64,000 bases of DNA from an uncultured Gammaproteobacteria bacterium (GTDB lineage Bacteria > Patescibacteriota > Microgenomatia > UBA8517), in NCBI GenBank assembly GCA_965231135.1, contig OZ246419.1:577488-641487 (forward strand), given 5' to 3'. Positions 47,458-58,741 of the stretch are shown here, piece after piece. Below the pieces are notes generated by a model, which searched no databases, was not told the DNA's origin, and saw nothing but the letters and a program-made list of their open reading frames with translations. A program made the position numbers and the translations under genes. How positions within the stretch are numbered: the stretch's first letter is position 1; each line of letters starts with the position of its first letter.

Positions 47458-49464
47458 ATGAGAAAACTGTTATTTTTTATAATTTTAAGTTTAGGGATAT
47501 CAATATTGTTTGGAAATGTTCAAAGTATTTCAGCGCAAACTTGTACGGGAGATGTGACCTGTTGTAATGATTACGAGCCAACGCCAAAGTTTTGCAACAG
47601 TAATAATCCTTGTAATGGTGCTCCTGGATGTGTCCAATGTACTGGCTATGCCTGTTTCGGAACAAATTCATTGGGTTGTAGTTTTGCAGGCGGGGCATGT
47701 GGACATACTGCTTGTGGTGGTCCAGTGATGGGAGGCTCCTGTGTTTACACTCCTCCTGTTAATAGTTATACGTGTAATGTCTGCAATAACAATTCATGTA
47801 TTCAGGTAACACAACAACAAGCTTGTTCGTCTGCTGAAAACTGCAGCAATTGCGGAGGAGGAAGCGGAGGAGGTTCTGGAGGAAGTTGTAGCGGAGGATC
47901 AAATCCTGAGTGCCGTACTGATATATCAAACTGTGGTCAGATTGGAAAAGTTGGAGGATCGGGGTCGTGTTCTAATGGAGGGCTTTGCTGTGTCGAGCCT
48001 TCTGGAGGAGGCGGAGCGGCCTGCAATGTTTATAGTGTAAACGGTATATCAGACAGCTCAACACCAATTGTTCTTTATCAAAATAGAATTTCAAATCTTA
48101 GCATAGATAAAGACGGAGGGAATTCTGGATCAAGCGATCCACAAGCAGGTCTTGCTGTTCTTCCAACAAGCTTTGTAGTCACTCCTCCTGCCAAACAAGG
48201 ACAAGGTCTTCAAGGAGTCCCAAGTCCAACTATTATTGATAACCTTTTGCAGGTAATGAGTGCTAATCCGCAAAATTTATGTTGTCTTTATGGTAGAAAT
48301 TATGCAAATGTATCTGTATACGGCCTTAATCCTGGAACAACAACAATGAATGTTGTTCTTTATCTTTCTCATTACAGTTCAGGGACTTCAGGAGATGTAT
48401 GCAACAAATATTTTACAATACAAGTTAATCCGCCACAGTGTGACATAAGCCTTTCGCCTTCATTTAATACGATTAGCATTGGGCAAACGATACCTGTTAC
48501 AGCATCAGTTGACTCAAATGATAGCTCGCCGATTACAGGTGTGGCTTTTTCAACTACAAACGGAAGAATCACAGCAACACCAACCAGCGATGCAGCAAGC
48601 CCGTATTTGACAAACATTACAGGGATAAGTACCGGGACTGTACAGTTCACTGCCACCGCAACAACACAAAACGGAGGATCCTGTACAGTTTATAGCCCAA
48701 CAATAACAGTTAATAATTATTTGCCTGGATGGTGGCAAACCACTGGGGGAGATGCAGTTTCCAAAGGAAGCTTATCTTCTCTTGTCCCAACAAGTAATGT
48801 ATTTAGCAAAGATGGTGTTGGAGGTTTTCCGGGAAACGTGATTTACGGAGCGACGACAAACCTAACAGCTATTAATACTTCGAGCAAGAACTGGAAAGGA
48901 AATTCTGTTTATGGAGGAAAAACATATAATTCTGCAGCATTTTTAAACAATCTTCCATCAAATCTTATCTTGAATACCTTGCCAGTTGTTTCAGGCCAGT
49001 CTGATTTTGACTCAGGGACCGCAAGCCCTGATGGATATTATTACTATACTGTTAATAGCGGGAGTTTGACGATTAATGGCAACTTAACGGTTGCAGGAAA
49101 TAAAAAGATTGTTGTTTTTGTAAAAGGCGGGAGTTTAAATATTAATGGGAACATTATAATCCAGACAGCGGGAAGCGGGTTTTTTATGACAGTTGTTTCA
49201 GGAAATACAAATGTAAATGCGACGACTACAACTCTTAATGGAATTTTTGAAACAGATGGGGGCTTTAATACGGGAAGCGGGAATACCCAGCTTGTTGTTA
49301 AAGGAAGTGTTGCAGCTTGGGGCAGTGTTACTTTGCAACGAGATTTACAGTCGGCAAACTCTACAACAGCAGGAGAAAGTTTTGTATTTGACCCAACCTT
49401 AAGTCTCCTTTTCCCTCCAAGCTTGGCGCAAAATTCAATTTCCTGGAAGGAATTAGTTCCTTGA
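47458..49464 (+). CDS. Secreted Cys/Gly-rich surface protein with Ig-like and beta-rich C-terminal domains
   Basis: Signal peptide, about 25 Cys in the first ~190 aa, WWQTTGGD, ends SWKELVP. Confidence 0.7.
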   Translation: MRKLLFFIILSLGISILFGNVQSISAQTCTGDVTCCNDYEPTPKFCNSNNPCNGAPGCVQCTGYACFGTNSLGCSFAGGACGHTACGGPVMGGSCVYTPPVNSYTCNVCNNNSCIQVTQQQACSSAENCSNCGGGSGGGSGGSCSGGSNPECRTDISNCGQIGKVGGSGSCSNGGLCCVEPSGGGGAACNVYSVNGISDSSTPIVLYQNRISNLSIDKDGGNSGSSDPQAGLAVLPTSFVVTPPAKQGQGLQGVPSPTIIDNLLQVMSANPQNLCCLYGRNYANVSVYGLNPGTTTMNVVLYLSHYSSGTSGDVCNKYFTIQVNPPQCDISLSPSFNTISIGQTIPVTASVDSNDSSPITGVAFSTTNGRITATPTSDAASPYLTNITGISTGTVQFTATATTQNGGSCTVYSPTITVNNYLPGWWQTTGGDAVSKGSLSSLVPTSNVFSKDGVGGFPGNVIYGATTNLTAINTSSKNWKGNSVYGGKTYNSAAFLNNLPSNLILNTLPVVSGQSDFDSGTASPDGYYYYTVNSGSLTINGNLTVAGNKKIVVFVKGGSLNINGNIIIQTAGSGFFMTVVSGNTNVNATTTTLNGIFETDGGFNTGSGNTQLVVKGSVAAWGSVTLQRDLQSANSTTAGESFVFDPTLSLLFPPSLAQNSISWKELVP

Positions 49465-49483
49465 CTTCTTGTATAATTTTTGT

Positions 49484-49715
49484 GTGGCAACGATAAATGT
49501 TTCCATACCAAACAAACTAAAAAGAAGCGCAGCAGTTGATTGATCGAGGCTTTTTTGTTTCATTTAGTGATCTTGTGAGACATTCTATGAGGGAAACTGT
49601 GAAGAAAAATAGATATGATTTGATGGCTGAAATTGCCAAAGAGGAATATAAACAGGGAAGAGGGGCTGTTTTAAGAACCCAGAAAGATATCGATGATTTT
49701 TTTAAAAATCTTTGA
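49484..49715 (+). pseudogene. RHH-type antitoxin, frameshifted
   Basis: GTG-ATINVSIPNKLK shifts frame at an A5 run into EAQQLIDRGFFVSFSDLVRHSMRE..DIDDFFKNL*. Confidence 0.75.
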
Positions 49716-49719
49716 ATAG

Positions 49720-49980
49720 ATATATAAAATATTTTTTACTGATGATTTTAAACAGCAAGTAAAAAAGTTTTCAAGTAAAGATAAGGGGTTAGAAAAGCAG
49801 ATCCATAAAACCATCAAACTAGCTGCGCCGGATATAATTTATCCTTCACTTCGTCTCCACAAGTTAGAAGGAGAAAACAACTGGTCAATTTCAGTAAACA
49901 GAAGTATAAGAATAATTGTCAGCATTGACCGTGGTATTATTTATTGTTTGGAAATTGGTACGCATGATGATGTATATTAA
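49720..49980 (+). pseudogene. RelE/YafQ-family toxin with ATA in place of a start codon
   Basis: IYKIFFTDDFKQQVKK..PSLRLHKLEG..WSISVNRSIRII..EIGTHDDVY*. Confidence 0.8.
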
Positions 49981-49983
49981 TTT

Positions 49984-50559
49984 ATGCACGCATATTTAAT
50001 AATTGGAGATTCTTCAGATTTTATTAATAGTTTTGAAGGGAGAAAAATTAATTTCGTAATTAATAAAATTGCTGATGTTCGCGAATTAAAAGCCACAACA
50101 AAATTAAAACTGACAGAAAAAACTGTCATTGTTTTAGAACGGTTTGATGAAGCAACCGCAGAAGCACAAAATGCATTTTTAAAATCGCTTGAAGAGCCTC
50201 AGATTAATCTAACTTACGTTTTAACTGCACAAAATATTCTAAACATTCTGCCAACAATTGTTTCAAGATGTGAAGTAAAAGAATTTGAAAGTTCTGGTCC
50301 AAATTTTTCTGAAGAAGAGAAAGAAAAGATGGAAAATTTTATTAAAGCAAACGATGGTCAAAAAATAAAACAAGTTAGTTTGATAAATAAAAGAGAAGAG
50401 GCGATAGAGTTTATTAGAAATTTAATTTTTTCTGCAAGCGAAAGTAAAATAGAAAGTTACAAATTGATTGATGAAGCAAATAAAACTTTAAACGCTTTAG
50501 AAAAAAATGGAAATGTACAACTTCAATTAACTAACTTTGTTGTAAATTCCAGAATTTAG
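49984..50559 (+). CDS. holB: DNA polymerase III delta-prime-like subunit (short)
   Basis: MHAYLI.G, EAQNAFLKSLEEP, ILPTIVSRC. Confidence 0.85.
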   Translation: MHAYLIIGDSSDFINSFEGRKINFVINKIADVRELKATTKLKLTEKTVIVLERFDEATAEAQNAFLKSLEEPQINLTYVLTAQNILNILPTIVSRCEVKEFESSGPNFSEEEKEKMENFIKANDGQKIKQVSLINKREEAIEFIRNLIFSASESKIESYKLIDEANKTLNALEKNGNVQLQLTNFVVNSRI

Positions 50560-52258
50560 AATATAAACTGTCTTTTCTTGCCAGCAGATTTTTGTGAGAA
50601 TCACGCTCGACAATTCTTCCTTTTTCCATAACGATAATTTCATCTGCTTTCATAATGGTTGAAAGACGGTGAGCTATAATAATTGTTGTTTTACCTTTGG
50701 CTGCCTTCCAAAAAGCATCTTGAATTAATTTTTCACTTTCGCTATCCAATTGGCTTGTTGCTTCGTCAAATATAATAATATCTGGATTACTTAAAATCAT
50801 TCTTGCAATTGCAAGGCGCTGTTTTTGCCCGCCAGACAATTTCACTCCGCGCTCTCCAACCTCGGTTTTATATTTTTCTGGGAGACTATTAATAAACCCG
50901 TCAATATGAGCAATTTTTGCTGCCCTTTCGACTTCGTTCAGGGTCGTAGACTTTTCGGCTCCGTATTCAATATTGTATCGAATAGTATTATTAAAAAGAA
51001 TTGGCTCTTGGGGAACAACTCCCATAAAAGATCTCAAATTGCTTTTTGTAAAATCTTTTATATTTATTCCATCAATTGTAATTTTTCCATTTGTTGGATC
51101 ATAAAAACGCATTAATAATCGCACTAAAGTTGTTTTGCCAACTCCAGACCTACCAACAAAAGCAATTGATTTTCCAGCTGGGATTTTCAAATTAATATTT
51201 TTGACCGCACTTCCACGGCTTGATTTATATGCAAAGGAAATATTTTTAAAATTAATATCGCCTTTGACGTGATCTAATATTGTTGCATTTGCGGGATCTT
51301 TAATTTGAACTTCTTCGTCGAGAATATCTAAATATTTTTTAATATCTGCATAACCTTGAGAAATTTGCCTGATGCTATAAACCATATTAAATAATTGAGG
51401 AAAAAATAACGAAACAGCTGAAATAATTAATACAAAATCTGAAAGGCCAATTGTTTTTCCAGAAACCAAATTAAAAGACATAAAAAGTACAAGAAAGACG
51501 CCGAGATTAATTAAATTTCCAAGAGCTGTATCAATGTATCGATAGGTTACAAAATATTTCCAGATTATTTTTTTCCAATCAGATAATTCTTTATCTAATC
51601 TATTTTGCTCCCAGTCTTCTTTTGCAAAAAGTTTGACAGTTTCATAATTAATTAAATTATCTGTAATTATTCCTGAGATTTCATCTTCTTTGTCATTAAC
51701 TGCCTTTCTTCTTTTAATATTTAATGGCAAAAGGGTTTTGGTAATAATTAAAGTAATAATTGCCGAGACAATAAAAATAACAATTATTCTGTAATCAATT
51801 CTCAAAAAATACCAAACTAAAATAACAAAGCCGACAATAACAGGATAAACTCGGGAATAAAATCTATCATATAAATCCCAAAAGGCATTTTCTCCTCGTT
51901 TAAAAGCACTGATTAAAGAACCAGTATTTCTTTGAGTGTGGTAAGCGAAATCTAAATCCTGAATTTGTTTGAAAACATCAAGTTTTAGTTTTTTTACTCC
52001 ATCAACTGCTGAGATATCTCCGGAAAAGTTTTTGATGTTGCCAAAAATATTTCCGACAATCATTATAGCTAAATATAAAAATAAAAGACTAAGAACTCCG
52101 TTTAAATTATTGGCTTGTATTTTATCAATAAAAAGTTTGGAAAAATAAGGAGTCGAGAAATCAATAACAACCGAAATCGTTGTTGTGACAATAAACAAAA
52201 TAAACCAGAATTTTCTGATCATTAAATATTCATGATATTTTTTAAGTGTTTTATACAT
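50531..52258 (-). CDS. ABC exporter, fused TMD-NBD
   Basis: Six-TM domain; GRSGVGKT, LSGGQKQR, IFDEATS. Confidence 0.95.
   Translation of the reverse strand: MYKTLKKYHEYLMIRKFWFILFIVTTTISVVIDFSTPYFSKLFIDKIQANNLNGVLSLLFLYLAIMIVGNIFGNIKNFSGDISAVDGVKKLKLDVFKQIQDLDFAYHTQRNTGSLISAFKRGENAFWDLYDRFYSRVYPVIVGFVILVWYFLRIDYRIIVIFIVSAIITLIITKTLLPLNIKRRKAVNDKEDEISGIITDNLINYETVKLFAKEDWEQNRLDKELSDWKKIIWKYFVTYRYIDTALGNLINLGVFLVLFMSFNLVSGKTIGLSDFVLIISAVSLFFPQLFNMVYSIRQISQGYADIKKYLDILDEEVQIKDPANATILDHVKGDINFKNISFAYKSSRGSAVKNINLKIPAGKSIAFVGRSGVGKTTLVRLLMRFYDPTNGKITIDGINIKDFTKSNLRSFMGVVPQEPILFNNTIRYNIEYGAEKSTTLNEVERAAKIAHIDGFINSLPEKYKTEVGERGVKLSGGQKQRLAIARMILSNPDIIIFDEATSQLDSESEKLIQDAFWKAAKGKTTIIIAHRLSTIMKADEIIVMEKGRIVERDSHKNLLARKDSLYSKFWNLQQS
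50923..50943 (+). repeat. Family B palindrome inside the ABC exporter
   Basis: CCCTTTCGACTTCGTTCAGGG, similar to 23803-23822. Confidence 0.55.
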
Positions 52259-52376
52259 AGAAATTTTAGGGACGCAAAAAAGCGCTGTCTAAAAAACGGG
52301 ATAGATTTATTATATACTTGAGGGAAGAAAAAGTGAATATTTAGCTTGCTATTAGCTTCGAAACAGGTTAGAATGA

Positions 52377-54335
<1,959 letters not shown>

Positions 54336-54385
54336 TCTAACTTTATTTATAAGCGAAGCTTGTAACATTCTGTTATAATACTTAT

Positions 54386-54922
54386 ATGAATTTACTTCAT
54401 GACATACCAGCTGGAGATCCAAAGACTACCGTAAATGTAATCATTGAAATCCCAATTGGAAGCGGAATTAAATATGAGTACGATAAAGATTTGCAAGTAA
54501 TTAGAGCTGATAGGTTTTTATATACAGCTTTTAAATATCCATTCAATTATGGTTTTATCCCAGGCACTTGGAGCGAAGACGAAGATCCACTTGATATTAT
54601 TGTTGTTTCCTCTGAAGCAGTTACCACTGGTACATTAATAGAATGTAAAGTTATCGGAATGCTTGCAACAGAAGATGAAGAAGGGAAGGACGCAAAGTTG
54701 CTTGCAGTTCCTAAGGGAAAGGTTGACCCAGTTTATAAAAGTGTAGAGAAAATTGATGATTTACCGGAAAGTTTGGTTAATAAAATTAAGCATTTTTATG
54801 AAAATTATAAATCCATAGAACCTGGAAAATGGGTTAAAGTGACTGGATGGAAAACAAGAGAAGAAGCGCAAGAAGAAATTGAAAAAGGAATTCAAAGATA
54901 TAAAAAAGAATTTAAGAAGTGA
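54386..54922 (+). CDS. ppa: Inorganic pyrophosphatase (family I)
   Basis: [27 protein letters not shown]. Confidence 0.95.
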   Translation: MNLLHDIPAGDPKTTVNVIIEIPIGSGIKYEYDKDLQVIRADRFLYTAFKYPFNYGFIPGTWSEDEDPLDIIVVSSEAVTTGTLIECKVIGMLATEDEEGKDAKLLAVPKGKVDPVYKSVEKIDDLPESLVNKIKHFYENYKSIEPGKWVKVTGWKTREEAQEEIEKGIQRYKKEFKK

Positions 54923-55403
54923 TAATTTTATTTATCTTCAAAATTGTATTGTAATTTCTGATTGTTAGGCTTTTATAAAATTTTAATTTAATTAAATCTT
55001 TGAAACTGCTTTTTGTAAGTCCATCTAATTTTGTTGTCAGATATAGCCAATTTTTACCAGCGTCGAGATAATCTATATTTTCTTTTAATTTGATTTCTTT
55101 TGCTAAATCTTTTGGACTTAAATCATCCATAACAAAAGCTACATATTTTCTTAAATCATTTTCTTTCCAGGAATTTGGTGCATTTTCTATTACGTTATTT
55201 AATTCTTTTTCTGAAATAATAAAAGATTTATAGGGAATTTTAGAAAAATATTTCCTGTCTCCTTCAAAAATTACATTGCCGCTATTGATGTAAGTTTGGA
55301 CGTTTGTAAATCCGAGATCTTCAAAAATTTTTTTAAGGTCTGACATTTTGATAAGAGAATTGCCGCCAACATTAACTCCACGAAGAAAAGCTATATATTT
55401 CAT
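54912..55403 (-). CDS. DUF1697-family protein
   Basis: [25 protein letters not shown]. Confidence 0.88.
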   Translation of the reverse strand: MKYIAFLRGVNVGGNSLIKMSDLKKIFEDLGFTNVQTYINSGNVIFEGDRKYFSKIPYKSFIISEKELNNVIENAPNSWKENDLRKYVAFVMDDLSPKDLAKEIKLKENIDYLDAGKNWLYLTTKLDGLTKSSFKDLIKLKFYKSLTIRNYNTILKINKIITS

Positions 55404-55786
55404 TCTTGATTTACTGAAGATTCGACAGTTGTTTTTGAATAAGAAGTGGAAGTTGATGATGAGGAAGAATTGCTATTTACATGAACATCTGCACTGCCAT
55501 TTCCTTCAACACTAACGTTTACGTTTGTTGAGCCATTGTTGTTTGATACTTTAACATCTGAATTGCCATCTTTTTGCTCAAAAGTTCCATTATCAGGGAG
55601 TGTTGTGGAAGTTGCATTTGGAATTGGAGTATCTGAGGGCTCTGGGGTGGGAGAATCAGTTGGCGTTGGAGTAGGTGACTCTAAAACAGTTGGTGTTGGA
55701 GTTGGATTGTCTAAATTTTGTACAACAGGAACCGCAAAAATTCCAAGCACTGCAATAGCTATAACTGTTATTAATTGAGTTCCCAT
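55400..55786 (-). CDS. Small secreted Pro/Thr/Ser-rich protein
   Basis: Hydrophobic N-terminus, (PT)n linker. Confidence 0.6.
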   Translation of the reverse strand: MGTQLITVIAIAVLGIFAVPVVQNLDNPTPTPTVLESPTPTPTDSPTPEPSDTPIPNATSTTLPDNGTFEQKDGNSDVKVSNNNGSTNVNVSVEGNGSADVHVNSNSSSSSTSTSYSKTTVESSVNQE

Positions 55787-56511
55787 GTGACTGTAACTGA
55801 CTTACTCATTGTAGTTGTTCCTGGCTGAATCGGAGCTGGGACAGAACTAGCTGACTGATCTTTAGTTGCAAATAATGGCGATATGGGAGAAGATGTCCCA
55901 TCTTCGTTTAAGGTGATTATTTTTCCAAGAGTTTGGCCTGAAGCTTTGGCGATGTTTTGTGCTTTTGTTTTGGCATCTGCTACAGCTTTGGTTAGTAGAT
56001 CACTATCAGTGTTTGTATTTTGATCAACTGATAAATTTGGACCATATACATTGGTTGCTCCTGAATTATTTAATAAATCAGTAAGGCTTGAAGCTTTTGA
56101 GACATCACGTAGAGTTATAGAAATCGAATTGCTTGCTGTCCAGTCGTTATTATTTGTTTGCTGTGGTGGAACTGGATAGATCAAAGTTTGAGCTTGGTTT
56201 TGATAAGTATTTACACTTTGAGTCGTAATATCGGCATCGGCAATACCAAAATTTTTAAGAGCTGCAAGTAATGCAGTCATTTGGGTATTAACTTTATTTA
56301 CAGCAGTTTGTTTATCTGCATTAGTTGCTGTAACTGTAGCATTAAAAGTTGCAACTTGATTAGTTACATCTTCCTGAGCTGTTCCAGTTACTGTAATAGT
56401 TCCAGCCGGTTGTATAGAAATTTTTCCCCAATTAATTCTAGAGATTGGTAGAAAGTTTGCAGCTAAAACTAAAACAATTAACGTTCCTAGAGCAAAAAAA
56501 ATATTTTTCAT
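55771..56511 (-). CDS. SIMPL (DUF541) domain protein
   Basis: ITVTGTA..AVADAKTKAQNIA..LGKI..PIQPG..VTVTWEL. Confidence 0.9.
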   Translation of the reverse strand: MKNIFFALGTLIVLVLAANFLPISRINWGKISIQPAGTITVTGTAQEDVTNQVATFNATVTATNADKQTAVNKVNTQMTALLAALKNFGIADADITTQSVNTYQNQAQTLIYPVPPQQTNNNDWTASNSISITLRDVSKASSLTDLLNNSGATNVYGPNLSVDQNTNTDSDLLTKAVADAKTKAQNIAKASGQTLGKIITLNEDGTSSPISPLFATKDQSASSVPAPIQPGTTTMSKSVTVTWELN

Positions 56512-56762
56512 GATATGGCTTTATACCTGGGCATTGTAGAAATATCTGCGTTAATGTTTTTAATTTCGTCTTTAATATAGTGGACTTCGACTGTTAAAGT
56601 ATCAACTTTATTTTCAAGTTTTTTGAATTCTTCTTTAGTTGGAACATTATCAAACATTTTTTGCATTCCAGTAACTATTGCATCAGTAGCTTGTTGGACG
56701 ATATCAGTCACAATTTCTCGCACATCGTCTTTTGTGGCATAGTTAGGTTTTTTATTTGTCAT
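56508..56762 (-). CDS. Small coiled-coil hypothetical protein
   Basis: ATKDD / PTKEEF heptad pattern; ATGA overlap with the SIMPL gene. Confidence 0.6.
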   Translation of the reverse strand: MTNKKPNYATKDDVREIVTDIVQQATDAIVTGMQKMFDNVPTKEEFKKLENKVDTLTVEVHYIKDEIKNINADISTMPRYKAIS

Positions 56763-56837
56763 AATTCATAATATCACAAGTTTACAAATATTTTGTGATA
56801 TAATATCTGTATATCCGCTGAAAGGGCGGGTTTTTTA

Positions 56838-58643
56838 ATGGATATTAGAAATATTGCTATTATTGCTCACGTTGATCACGGAAAAACAACTTTGGTCGAT
56901 GCAATGCTTCGCCAATCTCACACTAAAATCAAAAAAGAGATTGAACAGGCAGGGCTTATTATGGATAATAATGAACTTGAACGAGAACGGGGAATTACCA
57001 TTTTTTCCAAAAATGCCTCAGTTACTTATAAAGATACAAAAATAAATATTATTGATACACCAGGGCACGCTGATTTCGGAGGAGAAGTAGAACGCGTGCT
57101 TAAAATGGCAGACGGAGTATTGCTTCTTATTGATGCAAAAGACGGACCAATGCCGCAAACCAGATTCGTTTTGAAGAATGCACTTAAATTGGGACTAAAA
57201 ATCATTGTTGTTGTTAATAAAATTGATATTCCAGAAGCACGACCTGATTGGGTTTTGGGAAAAACATTTGATTTATTTTTAGAGCTTGGAGCTTCTGATG
57301 AGGCAACAAACTTTCCAATTGTTTATGCATCTGCCAAAAACGGAGTTGCAGGACTCACTCCAAACTTTTCTGAAATGAAAGATATTACTCCTCTTTTTGA
57401 AGCTATTATAAAAGAAGTCCCAGCCCCGTCCGGAGATCCAGATAAACCACTTCAGATGCTTGCAACAACTTTAAGCTATGACAGCTTTAAAGGCAGAATG
57501 GTAACAGGACGCATTTATAACGGCAGAATAAAATTTGGCCAAGATGTGATGCATATAAATCGTGAAAGAGTGCAAAAGAAATACAGAATCGTGACACTTA
57601 CCGGATTTCAAGGGCTTGAAAAAGTGGATATCAAAGAGGCAGAAGCAGGCGATATTGTCGCAGTTTCTGGAATTCCTGATATTACAATTGGAGAAACAAT
57701 AGCTGACCCGATAACTCCAATTGCGCTCCCTGTTCTTTCCATTGAAGAGCCGACAATTAAAATGACTTTTAATATAAACACTTCGCCTTTTGGAGGCAAA
57801 GAAGGAGAATTTAAAACTGGAAGCCAACTTAAAGCAAGACTTTACCGTGAGCTTGAGTCTGACGTTGCTCTTAAAGTTGAAGAAGCGGGAGGAAAATGGA
57901 TTGTATCAGGGCGAGGGGAACTTCATTTGGCAATTTTGATTGAACGCATGAGAAGAGAAGGTTATGAATTTGAAGTAGGACGCCCAACTGCGATTACAAA
58001 AACTGAAAATGGTGAAAAGATGACTCCTTGGGAAAAAGTTTATATCGAGTCACCTGATGAATATGCAGGATCGGTCATTCAAAATATGAATAAAAGACAT
58101 GCAAATATGGTTGATATGAAAAGCGAGCAGGGAATCACTTATTTAGAGTTTGATATTGCTACAAAAAATTTATTTGGAATGCGATCTGATTTATTAACAA
58201 CTACAAAAGGAAACGGAATTTTAAATAATAGTTTTATGGAATTCCGTAAAGATGACGGAGTAGTACTTGCTCGAGATCATGGAAGCTTAGTTGCCTTTGA
58301 AACTGGAATTACAAGACTTTATGGATTAATTAATGTACAGGACCGGGGAGAGCTTTTTGTCGGGCCAAATGAAAATGTTTATAAAGGCGAAGTTGTTGGG
58401 CAAAATGCTCGCGAGGAAGATATTGACGTAAATGTTTGTAAAGAAAAGAAACTTTCAAATATGAGAAGTAAGGGAGATGGGCCTCAAGGGCATTTTAACA
58501 CACCAAAGAAAATGAGTTTGGAGGAAGCATTGGAATATATTGATGATACAGAATTAGTTGAAGTGACTCCACAAAATATTCGTGTCCGAAAAATTATTTT
58601 GGACCAAGTTGAAGCAAAAAGACTTGCAAAGTTAATAAAATAA
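56838..58643 (+). CDS. typA: Translational GTPase TypA/BipA
   Basis: AHVDHGKTT, DTPGHADFGGEVER, GRGELHL..ERMRREGYE, KKLSNMR. Confidence 0.97.
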   Translation: MDIRNIAIIAHVDHGKTTLVDAMLRQSHTKIKKEIEQAGLIMDNNELERERGITIFSKNASVTYKDTKINIIDTPGHADFGGEVERVLKMADGVLLLIDAKDGPMPQTRFVLKNALKLGLKIIVVVNKIDIPEARPDWVLGKTFDLFLELGASDEATNFPIVYASAKNGVAGLTPNFSEMKDITPLFEAIIKEVPAPSGDPDKPLQMLATTLSYDSFKGRMVTGRIYNGRIKFGQDVMHINRERVQKKYRIVTLTGFQGLEKVDIKEAEAGDIVAVSGIPDITIGETIADPITPIALPVLSIEEPTIKMTFNINTSPFGGKEGEFKTGSQLKARLYRELESDVALKVEEAGGKWIVSGRGELHLAILIERMRREGYEFEVGRPTAITKTENGEKMTPWEKVYIESPDEYAGSVIQNMNKRHANMVDMKSEQGITYLEFDIATKNLFGMRSDLLTTTKGNGILNNSFMEFRKDDGVVLARDHGSLVAFETGITRLYGLINVQDRGELFVGPNENVYKGEVVGQNAREEDIDVNVCKEKKLSNMRSKGDGPQGHFNTPKKMSLEEALEYIDDTELVEVTPQNIRVRKIILDQVEAKRLAKLIK

Positions 58644-58741
58644 ATTAAACTTCTAAACCCTATAGTACTTCATTTTGTGATATAATATCTGTTCAACATT
58701 TCGTTGAATAGCACATTAACAGTTCAAAAGGAGAGAGTACC

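Noticed and set aside
50531-52258. ABC exporter as the RiPP transporter
   Set aside because: It lies 40 kb away, outside the att sites, and has no peptidase domain; nothing links it to the cluster.
52269-52310. GGGACGCAAAA..GTCTAA..GATAG resembling a c-di-GMP-I riboswitch upstream of gyrB
   Set aside because: The 5' GGCAAA/GNRA-capped stem is absent and the closing stem has no complementary strand.
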